From Candidatus Saccharimonadales bacterium (GTDB lineage Bacteria > Patescibacteriota > Saccharimonadia > QS-5-54-17), in assembly GCA_040876925.1 (NCBI GenBank), contig JBBDOS010000009.1:1-58764 (forward strand): 58,764 nt of DNA, in the 5' to 3' direction. Below, piece by piece: positions 45,337 to 54,766 of the stretch. The notes below the pieces were generated by a model, which was not told the origin of the DNA, searched no databases, and was given only the letters and a program-made list of their open reading frames with translations. Positions within the stretch are counted from its first letter, which is position 1; each line of letters opens with the position of its first letter. Both the position numbers and the translations under genes were made by a program.

Positions 45337-45693
45337 ATGTTAAGAAGATCTTATTTATTTGTTGGTATAGTGGTGCTACTGTTGTTTGCAACGTTAATTG
45401 TTAGCATGTTTATAACAAACCCAGATGAGCTAGGTCCATTCGGCCTCACTCTTTGGTTTTCTACTCTACTAACTGCTACAACTGGACTCTTGTGGATAAT
45501 CTTAACTAGTTTTATATACGGCAAGAGCAGAGAGGGGATGATGATAGCGCTAAGAAGATCATTTTTAATAAGTATGTGGGCTGTAGCTATTCTTGCTCTG
45601 AGCAGTTTGCGTCAACTCGGTATTAGAGATATCATTCTTTTAACTGTTTTGGGGCTGTTAATAGATTTTTATATGAAGCGAGTGCAGAAATGA
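45337..45693 (+). CDS. Hypothetical 4-TM membrane protein (CPR type)
   Basis: P.ELG..G..L.F, ALRRSFL, LALSSLRQL; overlaps pheS (ATGA). Confidence 0.65.
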   Translation: MLRRSYLFVGIVVLLLFATLIVSMFITNPDELGPFGLTLWFSTLLTATTGLLWIILTSFIYGKSREGMMIALRRSFLISMWAVAILALSSLRQLGIRDIILLTVLGLLIDFYMKRVQK

Positions 45694-46706
45694 ACCAAGA
45701 AGATATTATTCAGAAATTTAAACAAGATATAGAAAAAACTGATTCACTAAAATCGGTAGATGAACTAAGAGTTGAATATATAGGGCGTAAGGGTTTAGTA
45801 ACTAATTTACTGAGATCGGTTGGTGATATACCAGAGAAAGATAGAGCTGCAGAAGGCCAACGCCTCAATAGTCTCAAGAAAGAGATAGAGAGTGCTATTG
45901 AATCAAAACAACTAGAACTCAGAAGTGCTCAGTTAGAATCAGAAATATCTGACTCTGTAGATATAACTTTGCCCGGAGAAGGACACACAGTTGGTCACTT
46001 TCATCCAGTTCAGTCGCTGCAACAGGACTTAATAGATATATTTTCTCAAATTGGCTTTAGCGTAGCTGATGGACCAGAGGTAGAGACAGATTGGTATTGC
46101 TTTGAAGCTCTTAATATACCCGTTAACCATCCAGCTAGAGATATGCAAGACACTTTTTATCTAGAAGATGGCAACATTCCAAGGACCCACACCTCCAGTG
46201 TTCAGATAAGGTATATGGAGAATAACGAGCCACCTATTAGAATTATATCTCCAGGTGTTGTTTATCGTAATGAAGACGAAGATGCTACTCACTCTTGGGC
46301 TTTTAGGCAAATAGAAGGATTGGTTGTAGACAAAAATATAAGCCTTTCAGATCTTAAAGGCACTTTATTATATATGCTAAAAGGTATTTTAGGAGAGAAT
46401 ATTCGTATCAAATTGCTACCCAACTATTTTCCTTATGTAGAGCCCGCACTAGAAGTTCATGCTAGCTGTATATTATGTGACGGTAAGGAGGCAAGTTGTC
46501 GTATGTGTAAGGGCACTGGCTGGTTGGAAATGCTTGGTGCTGGTATGGTTCATCCTCAGGTATTACGTAATGTTGGTATAGATCCAGATATATATAGTGG
46601 TTTTGCTTTCGGTGGCGGCATAGATAGAATAGCGATGATAAAATATCAAATTGATGATATACGGTATTTATGGCGCCCTAATCTAAAGTTTTTGGAGCAA
46701 TTTTAA
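45690..46706 (+). CDS. pheS: Phenylalanine--tRNA ligase alpha subunit
   Basis: GHFHPV, FEALNIPVNHPARDMQDTFY, RTHTSSVQ, YFPYVEP, GMVHP, GFAFGGGIDR. Confidence 0.98.
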   Translation: MNQEDIIQKFKQDIEKTDSLKSVDELRVEYIGRKGLVTNLLRSVGDIPEKDRAAEGQRLNSLKKEIESAIESKQLELRSAQLESEISDSVDITLPGEGHTVGHFHPVQSLQQDLIDIFSQIGFSVADGPEVETDWYCFEALNIPVNHPARDMQDTFYLEDGNIPRTHTSSVQIRYMENNEPPIRIISPGVVYRNEDEDATHSWAFRQIEGLVVDKNISLSDLKGTLLYMLKGILGENIRIKLLPNYFPYVEPALEVHASCILCDGKEASCRMCKGTGWLEMLGAGMVHPQVLRNVGIDPDIYSGFAFGGGIDRIAMIKYQIDDIRYLWRPNLKFLEQF

Positions 46707-46707
46707 G

Positions 46708-49503
46708 ATGTTAGTAGTACTAGATTGGCTGGAGGAATACTTAAACGATAAACCAGGACTAGACCAGGTTATAGAAGCCATGGATAAAGCAGGCGTGGAG
46801 GTGGAGGGAGTATATAGGCCACCAAATTTCGACACTAATATAGTAGTGGCTGAAGTTTTAGAAGTTAAACCTCACTCAGATGCAGATAAACTTAAAATAG
46901 CCACTGTTAGTGACGGCAATAATAAATACTCAATAGTCTGTGGCGCTCCTAATGTAGCTAAAAATCAACACGTTGTTTTGGCAAGAAAAGATTCAGTATT
47001 ACCTGATGGCAATAAAATCGAAAAAACAACAATCAGAGGTGAAGTTTCTGAAGGAATGCTTTGCTCTCCTAAAGAGTTAAATCTAGGAGAATATCATAGC
47101 GGCATAATGATTTTTAATGAAGATATTAATTTAGGTACACCCATTAGAGGTCTATTTAACTCTGATTATACAGTTATAGATATAAAAACTGCCGCTAATA
47201 GACCTGATTTGCAGGGCTATAAAGGCTTAGCTATAGAAATAGCAGCTCATACCGGAGTAGATACTATTATGGATGAAGATAGTCCTCTTTCTATAAGGGA
47301 AGACGATGACTTATTTACAATAGAAACAGAAGAATCAGTCCAGTCTTACTCCTTAATTAAATTAAAAATTAATGCTAGTAAATCTTCGCCAACCTGGATG
47401 CAAAGAAGATTACGTTTGAGCGGCATCAAGACAATTAATGCTGTTGTTGATATTACTAACTATTGCATGTTATCTCTGGGACAGCCCATGCACGCCTTTG
47501 ACACTAACAAAATCAAAGACAGAATTCATGTTAGGTTCGCGCAAAAAGATGAGAAATTAACTACCCTAGACGGTATAAACAGAAGTTTAACAGTAGAGGA
47601 TTTAGTAATTGCCGATAATAGTAAACCTATAGGTTTGGCGGGTGTTATAGGAGGAGAAGAGTCAGAAATTACAGAAGAGACCAAAGAGATATTGTTGGAG
47701 TCAGCCACCTTTGACGCCTCGACAGTAAGGAAAACTGCCCAAAGACACACAGTAAGAACAGATGCCAGTGCTAGGTTTGAAAGAGGTCTCCCCACGCAAC
47801 TAGTCATACAGGCTAATGAGCTAGCTTGTAAGCTGATGGTTGAATATGCAGATGCGGAACTTGTTTCTCACAAGCACCAATTGAATATATGGCCATGGGT
47901 TAGACATATTGGCTTAAGGGTCAGCCGCTTTCAAGATATAAGCAGTTTAGATCTCAAGAAAGAAGAGATAGTTGCGGAATTAAAGAAATTGCACTTTGAT
48001 GCTAGTGTTTTCGATATAGTTAAAGAGGCTCGTAAACATCTTGGTAAGTCTTATAAAATTGGAGCTAACTTCAAAAAAGATGGCGTAGAAGCTTTTGACT
48101 GTTCCTATTTAGTTGATTATATATACTCGCTAATAGGTGTTAATGTTGGTCATACGGCGCTTGGTCAATATGAACTAGGCAGAGTAGTGGAAGGAGAGTT
48201 GATTCCAGGAGACGTGCTGTTTATAGAAGGAGTTATAGATAAATCTGCAACAGATCACTACTATATAAGTGACTCTAATGGCAATAAAATAAAACGCCAA
48301 CTAGATTCAGATAAAAAAGTTGGACATAACGGTATATATATTGGCGGTGATAAGGTCATTACAGCTGCTGAGTATATATATAGCGATGGCAAATGGGAGA
48401 AAAGAGCTAGTAGCGGCGTCTTGGAGGTAGACGTTAGTGAATTCTTGAATAATCCAGGTTATCTAGGCGCTAGGAGATATGTAGATAATTTAAATGATTA
48501 TATAAGCGCTACAGTTCCATGGTGGCGCCCAGACGTTAATATTGAAGCCGATCTGTTCGAAGAGGTAGTAAAAACAATAGGTTTAGATAAACTAGATGCT
48601 ACTTTACCAAAATGGAACGTCAATATAGATACACCAGATAATTATTGGCGTAGGTTTAGGTTAATTAGGCACTTGCTCAGAGCTATGGGATTATTTGAGG
48701 TTACAACATACCCATTTATAAGCCCGAGGGTTGTTGAGCTTTTTAATCTCCAAGACTATGATCACTTAAAACTCAAAAATCCCCGCAGTAAAGAACAGTC
48801 ATTTCTTAGGCGGAGTTTAGTTCCGCAGATGCTACTATCTGTCCATGATAATCAATCATATCGTCACGAATTTGGTTTCTTTGAAATAGCCAAAACCTTT
48901 ACCCCTTCAGATAAAAGGGGAGAACTACCTCAAGAGATACCTATGCTAACAGTTGTTTATACAGGTGATAAGGCATTATCTAGAGTTAAAAATTGTTTGG
49001 ATCAATTAATTAAGGAGGTTGGAGGGTCTATTAACTTATCACCATCTTCAGATATACCGTTTCTACATCCCTCCAGGAGATCTAGACTAGAACAAGGAGA
49101 ACTGTATATTGGTGATTATGGTTCTATACACCCAGATATTAACCATCACCTCAAACTATCTAAAGATTCAGCCGCTTTAGAGATAGATCTTAATGCCTTA
49201 TTTGCCATCTGGACCGACCCAAGGTTTGAGCCTATCCCTAAATACCAAAGCGGTTACCGTGACTTAACCTTAGCTATACCTGAGGGATTAAGCTGGCAAG
49301 ATCTAAATAGTTATCTATCTAGCATCAAAGATATAAAATCGAGCTTCAAGGATTACTTCTCTAAAGATGGAGTTAAAAAAATAACTATTCATGTTGAATT
49401 AATTTCTAAGGATAAAACTCTAAAAGATTCAGATATAGCGAGTAAAATCAACGAGATTGAACAGGGATTAAAAAGAGATCTAAATATTATAGTGGAACAT
49501 TAG
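46708..49503 (+). CDS. pheT: Phenylalanine--tRNA ligase beta subunit with inserted NlpC/P60 domain
   Basis: OB fold (CGAPNV, RGEVSEGMLCS), B3/4 (GQPMHAFD, RFERG), split B5 (VPWWRPDV..EADLFEEV), catalytic-like and ACB domains; insert at aa ~436-593. Confidence 0.96.
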   Translation: MLVVLDWLEEYLNDKPGLDQVIEAMDKAGVEVEGVYRPPNFDTNIVVAEVLEVKPHSDADKLKIATVSDGNNKYSIVCGAPNVAKNQHVVLARKDSVLPDGNKIEKTTIRGEVSEGMLCSPKELNLGEYHSGIMIFNEDINLGTPIRGLFNSDYTVIDIKTAANRPDLQGYKGLAIEIAAHTGVDTIMDEDSPLSIREDDDLFTIETEESVQSYSLIKLKINASKSSPTWMQRRLRLSGIKTINAVVDITNYCMLSLGQPMHAFDTNKIKDRIHVRFAQKDEKLTTLDGINRSLTVEDLVIADNSKPIGLAGVIGGEESEITEETKEILLESATFDASTVRKTAQRHTVRTDASARFERGLPTQLVIQANELACKLMVEYADAELVSHKHQLNIWPWVRHIGLRVSRFQDISSLDLKKEEIVAELKKLHFDASVFDIVKEARKHLGKSYKIGANFKKDGVEAFDCSYLVDYIYSLIGVNVGHTALGQYELGRVVEGELIPGDVLFIEGVIDKSATDHYYISDSNGNKIKRQLDSDKKVGHNGIYIGGDKVITAAEYIYSDGKWEKRASSGVLEVDVSEFLNNPGYLGARRYVDNLNDYISATVPWWRPDVNIEADLFEEVVKTIGLDKLDATLPKWNVNIDTPDNYWRRFRLIRHLLRAMGLFEVTTYPFISPRVVELFNLQDYDHLKLKNPRSKEQSFLRRSLVPQMLLSVHDNQSYRHEFGFFEIAKTFTPSDKRGELPQEIPMLTVVYTGDKALSRVKNCLDQLIKEVGGSINLSPSSDIPFLHPSRRSRLEQGELYIGDYGSIHPDINHHLKLSKDSAALEIDLNALFAIWTDPRFEPIPKYQSGYRDLTLAIPEGLSWQDLNSYLSSIKDIKSSFKDYFSKDGVKKITIHVELISKDKTLKDSDIASKINEIEQGLKRDLNIIVEH
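48013..48486 (+). other. NlpC/P60 (C40-like) domain inserted in PheT
   Basis: IVKEARKHLGKSY..G, FDCSYLVDYIY (Cys465), LIPGDVLF, VGHNGIYIGGDKVITA (His540), YLGARRY. Confidence 0.88.
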
Positions 49504-49522
49504 AGACGGAGTCTCTTTTTGT
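49502..49522 (+). terminator. Terminator after pheT
   Basis: AGAGAC-GGA-GTCTCT followed by TTTTGTTT. Confidence 0.6.
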
Positions 49523-49561
49523 TTGCCAGTTCTGCCCTCTAGCAGCTATACTGAATTTAGC

Positions 49562-49969
49562 ATGACTCAGCCATCACAAAACCCAGAATCAGCTCCAAAC
49601 CTTCCAGAGCAATACGATTTTCCTCAACTTAAAGAGGAGCACCAGCCATTAGCAGGAGAAGTTTATGAGCCGGGAGCGGAACGACAGGCAGAACAGAACG
49701 TAGAAACTGATGTCAGCGATAGTCAGGTCCAAGCACCTATTAATGATGATACTAATGATTCAACTGATTTACCCAAGCATGTAGTAGTTGCTGATATTCC
49801 GGACGTGGCTGATGATATAGATGTTATAGAAAAAGCCTGGGTAGATAGAGCTAAACAGATTATAAAAGAAAATAAGGATGATCCCAGGTCCCAGGAAGAA
49901 GCTTTCGAGCAATTACAGATTGAATATCATAAAAAGCGCTATGGGCGTGACATTAAGGCTAAAAGGTAG
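49562..49969 (+). CDS. Hypothetical protein (low-complexity N-terminus, helical C-terminal domain)
   Basis: DDIDVIEKAWVDRAKQII...DDP..QEE....LQIEYHKKRYGR; start set at ATG 49562. Confidence 0.65.
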   Translation: MTQPSQNPESAPNLPEQYDFPQLKEEHQPLAGEVYEPGAERQAEQNVETDVSDSQVQAPINDDTNDSTDLPKHVVVADIPDVADDIDVIEKAWVDRAKQIIKENKDDPRSQEEAFEQLQIEYHKKRYGRDIKAKR

Positions 49970-49980
49970 CAATAATATTT

Positions 49981-52653
49981 ATGGGTGCCTTAACGCTCTT
50001 TATTTTGATGACGATAATAACACTAACTGTAATAACAGCAGCATTTGTTATTTATAGAAAGGGCTTAAGGTTTGCTAAAGGAGTAGAAAGAGGCATTAAG
50101 ATGGTGCCCATACTTATTAATTTGCCGCCTTCAAGTGAGGATATAGAAGTAGGCCAGAGGGATATACGTGATGTTATTCAAGAAAGAATTTCGCAAGCTG
50201 AGGTGTTATACAGTTTAATAGCTGGTACTACCACCAAAGGTTTTAAAAGCAAGTTTTTTGGCCAGAGACATATAGGTTTTGAAATTGTTGCTATAAATGG
50301 CACTATACGTCTTTATGCGGCTGTGCCTGTGGCATTGGTTTCGGTGGTTAAACAAGCTATCTTAACTGCTTATCCTGGAGCTCAACTAGATGAAGTTGAG
50401 GATCATAATATTTTTTCTGATGTAGGCAAAATAAGCGGTACTTATGGTGGTGAGATTAAACTTAAACAGCCATACTCTTACCCCATATCTACTGCTCAAC
50501 AACTTAAACGTGATGCTATGCAGGCCATTATAAAAGCCTTAGCTAGTATCGACCAAGGTGATGGTGCTAGTTTACAGATACTAATTCGTCCAGCTAGGAA
50601 TAATTGGACTAAAGTATCTGAGAGTTTAGTAAAGAAGAAGCGTGAGGATAAAGATAAATCGGGTGTTTCGGTTAAAGACTTAATTAAAGCTCCATTTAGG
50701 GCTCCTGACGGGGGAGGTGAAGGGGATAAGCCATCAAAACCACCTAAACAATTAAGCAACTTAGAACAAACAACACTCGATTTGATAGAGGAAAAAACTA
50801 GATCTCCTGGATATGAAACATTAATCAGAGTCGTCTCGTCATCTTCAACAGCAGCTAAATCCCAAGCTATTACTAGCAATATTGTTTCTGCATTTTCATT
50901 GTTTGACGCTCCTGGGCTTAACGGATTTAAGTTTGAAGCAGCTAAGAATATAGAGAACTTTGTTACGGATTTCATCTTTCGATTCTTTCCTCCCGAAAAG
51001 AACAAGATGATATTAAGTAGTGTTGAATTAGCATCACTATTCCATTTACCAGATGATCAGTTTGCTAAAACAGCTAAACTGGAAAGACAGTCATCCAAAC
51101 AGGTTGAGGGCCCCACAAAAGTTAGTCAAGACGGTTTATTGCTAGGGCATAACACTTATCATGAGGTACAAAAAGAAATACGTCTTAGTGATGAGGACCG
51201 CCGCCGCCACTTATATATTGTAGGACAAACTGGTACGGGTAAAACTACAGTACTATCTAATTTGATGGTTCAAGATATGGTTGCTGGTAAGGGCTTTGCT
51301 TTTATAGACCCCCATGGTGATGAAGCGGAGAATTTACTAGGCATGGTGCCGAAGAGCAGAATGGAAGACGTTATATATTTTGATCCAGCCCATATCAATC
51401 ATCCAGTAGGTCTTAATCTATTCGAGCACCACACTGAAGATCAAAAAGACTTTTTAATTCAAGAAGCAATTAATATGCTTTATAGGCTATATGATCCACA
51501 ACATACTGGGATAATAGGTCCTAGATATGAGCACTTATTTAGAAATGCTGCATTGGTTGTAATGGCTGATCCCGATGGTGGGACATTTGTAGATATTCCT
51601 AAATTATTCAGAGATCCGCAATTCGTGCGACAAAAACTGGAACACGTACAAGATCAGTCCGTAAGAGAATTTTGGCAAAAAGAAATGCCACAATCTCAGC
51701 GATCTAATGATTTTGGTGAGGTGGTTAGCTGGTTTGTCTCTAAATTTGGGGCTTTCTTGAATAACCAATTAATGCGCAATACGATCGGCCAAGCTAAAAG
51801 TGCCTTTGATTTAAGAGAAGTTATGGATGGCAATAAAATATTAATAGCTAATTTGAGCAAAGGTCGTTTAGGTGAGCTTAACTCTCAATTACTAGGTATG
51901 ATATTTGTAATGAAGTTTCAGGCTGCAGCCATGAGTAGGGCTAATATACCTGAGTCCGAGCGAAAAGACTTCTCCCTCTATGTAGATGAGTTTCAGAACT
52001 TTTCAACAGAATCTTTTGCTTTTATTCTTTCAGAAGCTCGTAAATATCGTCTAAGCTTGATTGTAGCTAACCAATTTATTTCTCAACTAAGTGAGGAAGT
52101 AAGAGATGCAGTATTTGGTAATGTTGGTACGGTTTTAAGTTTTCGTACAGGCCCAGCAGATGCGGACTTTTTAGTTAAACAGTTTTCTCCTTCTTTTAAT
52201 GAGCATGATTTAGTTAATCTACCTAACTTTAATGCAGTTGTGCGCTTAATGCATGAAGGGTTGCCCAGCAAGCCATTTAATATCATGACGCTGCCTCCAT
52301 TAGCTCAATCTAATAAACAAGTATCCACAGCTCTCAAGCATCTATCAGGTGCTAAATACGGCAGACCTCGCTTACAAGTAGAGGAAGAGATATTTAATCG
52401 TCTTTCTACTAAATCTACTCCCAATCCTTTTGAGAGTTTAGCTAACACTCAGGGTCTAGGTGATAAGGGTTCAACCCAGGGTTCATCTAATAACCCTAAG
52501 CAGCAAACAAGTTCTTCTTTTCTTGATGAGTGGCTTGAAAAACGAAAGAAGGTTATGGATAATAAGCCGTCAACTTCTACTACAGATTCAGATAGTCAAA
52601 ACACCTTACCAGAGCTTGATGATAATAAGAATATTAATTCTGATAATAACTAA
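49981..52653 (+). CDS. VirD4/TraD/HerA-like (DUF87) membrane-anchored ATPase
   Basis: N-terminal TM segment, RRRHLYIVGQTGTGKT (Walker A), FIDPHGD, LYVDEFQNF (Walker B), EARKYRL, ANQFISQL. Confidence 0.85.
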   Translation: MGALTLFILMTIITLTVITAAFVIYRKGLRFAKGVERGIKMVPILINLPPSSEDIEVGQRDIRDVIQERISQAEVLYSLIAGTTTKGFKSKFFGQRHIGFEIVAINGTIRLYAAVPVALVSVVKQAILTAYPGAQLDEVEDHNIFSDVGKISGTYGGEIKLKQPYSYPISTAQQLKRDAMQAIIKALASIDQGDGASLQILIRPARNNWTKVSESLVKKKREDKDKSGVSVKDLIKAPFRAPDGGGEGDKPSKPPKQLSNLEQTTLDLIEEKTRSPGYETLIRVVSSSSTAAKSQAITSNIVSAFSLFDAPGLNGFKFEAAKNIENFVTDFIFRFFPPEKNKMILSSVELASLFHLPDDQFAKTAKLERQSSKQVEGPTKVSQDGLLLGHNTYHEVQKEIRLSDEDRRRHLYIVGQTGTGKTTVLSNLMVQDMVAGKGFAFIDPHGDEAENLLGMVPKSRMEDVIYFDPAHINHPVGLNLFEHHTEDQKDFLIQEAINMLYRLYDPQHTGIIGPRYEHLFRNAALVVMADPDGGTFVDIPKLFRDPQFVRQKLEHVQDQSVREFWQKEMPQSQRSNDFGEVVSWFVSKFGAFLNNQLMRNTIGQAKSAFDLREVMDGNKILIANLSKGRLGELNSQLLGMIFVMKFQAAAMSRANIPESERKDFSLYVDEFQNFSTESFAFILSEARKYRLSLIVANQFISQLSEEVRDAVFGNVGTVLSFRTGPADADFLVKQFSPSFNEHDLVNLPNFNAVVRLMHEGLPSKPFNIMTLPPLAQSNKQVSTALKHLSGAKYGRPRLQVEEEIFNRLSTKSTPNPFESLANTQGLGDKGSTQGSSNNPKQQTSSSFLDEWLEKRKKVMDNKPSTSTTDSDSQNTLPELDDNKNINSDNN

Positions 52654-52760
52654 TTGTAATCTAATAATTTCACAAATTTTAAGTAGCAAAAACTATTGTT
52701 TGCTAAGGGGTTTCAGGGTATAATATTTTAAGTACTTACAATTGAGGTAAATAAAGAGTT

Positions 52761-54764
52761 ATGCCAAAACAAACAAGCCAGTATGGTGCTGGTCAGATTC
52801 AAGTTCTAGAAGGCTTAGAGCCGGTTCGCAAAAGACCAGGAATGTACATAGGCGGTACAGGAGTCGAGGGGCTACACCACCTAGTGTGGGAGGTTGTAGA
52901 TAATGGAATTGACGAAGCATTAGCGGGTTTTGCTACAGAAGTTTCTGTTATTATTCGTGAAGATGGCGGTATGACAGTTAGAGATAATGGGCGTGGAATT
53001 CCAGTAGATAAGCATTCTAAAACAGGCAAGTCAGGACTAGAGACAGTATTAACGGTATTACATGCTGGTGGTAAGTTCGGTGGTGACTCTAGTGGTTACA
53101 AAGTCTCAGGGGGCCTACATGGAGTAGGAGTTAGTGTAGTTAACGCTTTGTCTACTAAATTAATAGCTAGAGTATTTAGAGACGGTATAGAGTATGTACA
53201 GGAATTTAGTGTTGGTGCTCCTAAGACCGATATTAAGAAAGTAGGAAAGACGGATCGAACAGGTACAGAAATCACTTTCTATCCAGATGAAACTATATTT
53301 GAGATAGCTAAGTTTGATTTTGAAACTATATTAGATCGTTTACGCCATCAAGCTTATCTAACAAAAGGAGTTCGTACCTCTATCGTAGATGAATCTACAG
53401 GTGCTAGTTATGGATTCTATTTTGAAGGAGGGATAGAGTCTTATGTTCGTCACTTAAACAGAGGCAAGGAAGTGGTGCATGACAAGCCATTTTATGTATC
53501 AAAGGAAGTAAAAGAGTCTGTTATAGAGATCTCTTTGCAGTATTCAGATAGTTTTTCGGAGAATGTTAAAGCTTTTGCTAATAACATACACACTCCTGAA
53601 GGAGGTACTCCTATTACTGGATTCAGAGCTGCATTAACAAGAGTCATTAATGATTACGCTCGTAAGAATGGCTTTATTAAAGACAAGGAAGAAAATCTTA
53701 CAGGAGAAGATGTTAGAGAGGGGCTAACAGCAGTAATATCGGTTAAATTACCAGACCCTCAATTTGAAGGCCAGACCAAAGCGAAACTTGGCAATCCTGA
53801 GGTTAGAGGTTATGTTGAGCAAGTAATGAGCGAATGGTTAACCTATTATCTAGAAGAAAACCCTGTAGAAGCTCGTAAAATTATTAGTAAGACTTTATTA
53901 GCGGCTAAAGCAAGAGTAGCTGCTAGAGCTGCTAGAGACACTGTTATACGTAAAGGAGCTCTAGAAGGAGGCTCTCTACCTGGTAAGCTAGCAGACTGTT
54001 CATCTAAAAGTCCAGAAAACTCAGAAGTATATATAGTAGAGGGTGATTCAGCTGGTGGTTCTGCTAAGAATGGTAGAGATTCTAAGTTTCAAGCTATACT
54101 TTCCTTAAGAGGTAAAGTGCTTAATGTAGAGAGAGTTAGGCTAGATAAGATGTTGGCCAACAAAGAGGTTAAAGAATTAATTATGGCTTTAGGAACTTCC
54201 GTAGCTGAGTCGTTTGATATATCTAAATTACGATATCACCGTATTATTATTATGACAGATGCAGATGTAGACGGCGCCCATATACGTACTTTATTATTGA
54301 CACTATTTTATAGATATCTACCAAAGATAATAGAGGACGGATATTTATACATAGCTCAACCCCCGCTATATTTATTAGAGGTAGGCAAAAAACGTTACTA
54401 CGCTTTTAGCGATGAAGAGAAAGATAGCATTATAGAAAAACTAATCAAGAAAAAAGGCAAGAAAGATATAGTTAGCAGTTCTAATGATGTAGATAATACA
54501 ACTTTTGTAGATGAAAAAGAAAAGGATCGATTGAAATTAGCAGGCGTAAAGAATATTCAACGCTATAAAGGTTTAGGAGAGATGGATGCTGAGGAGTTAT
54601 GGGATACAACTATGAATCCAGAAAACAGAGTGTTGCTACAGGTTGCTATTGAAGATGCCGAAAAGGCTGATGCGGTATTTACTAAACTAATGGGTATAGA
54701 TGTCCCTATGCGTAAGAGTTTTATACAGTCTCACGCTAAGTCAGTAGAGAATTTGGATGTTTAA
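52761..54764 (+). CDS. gyrB: DNA gyrase subunit B
   Basis: LEPVRKRPGMYIG, EVVDNGIDE, GGLHGVG, EGDSAGGS, MTDADVDG, QRYKGLGEM. Confidence 0.98.
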   Translation: MPKQTSQYGAGQIQVLEGLEPVRKRPGMYIGGTGVEGLHHLVWEVVDNGIDEALAGFATEVSVIIREDGGMTVRDNGRGIPVDKHSKTGKSGLETVLTVLHAGGKFGGDSSGYKVSGGLHGVGVSVVNALSTKLIARVFRDGIEYVQEFSVGAPKTDIKKVGKTDRTGTEITFYPDETIFEIAKFDFETILDRLRHQAYLTKGVRTSIVDESTGASYGFYFEGGIESYVRHLNRGKEVVHDKPFYVSKEVKESVIEISLQYSDSFSENVKAFANNIHTPEGGTPITGFRAALTRVINDYARKNGFIKDKEENLTGEDVREGLTAVISVKLPDPQFEGQTKAKLGNPEVRGYVEQVMSEWLTYYLEENPVEARKIISKTLLAAKARVAARAARDTVIRKGALEGGSLPGKLADCSSKSPENSEVYIVEGDSAGGSAKNGRDSKFQAILSLRGKVLNVERVRLDKMLANKEVKELIMALGTSVAESFDISKLRYHRIIIMTDADVDGAHIRTLLLTLFYRYLPKIIEDGYLYIAQPPLYLLEVGKKRYYAFSDEEKDSIIEKLIKKKGKKDIVSSSNDVDNTTFVDEKEKDRLKLAGVKNIQRYKGLGEMDAEELWDTTMNPENRVLLQVAIEDAEKADAVFTKLMGIDVPMRKSFIQSHAKSVENLDV

Positions 54765-54766
54765 TC

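Noticed and set aside
50496-51005. Long antisense ORFs inside genes (169 aa here; also 22001-22522 and 33359-33862)
   Set aside because: Opposite well-supported genes, with no start signals or motifs; expected from codon bias.
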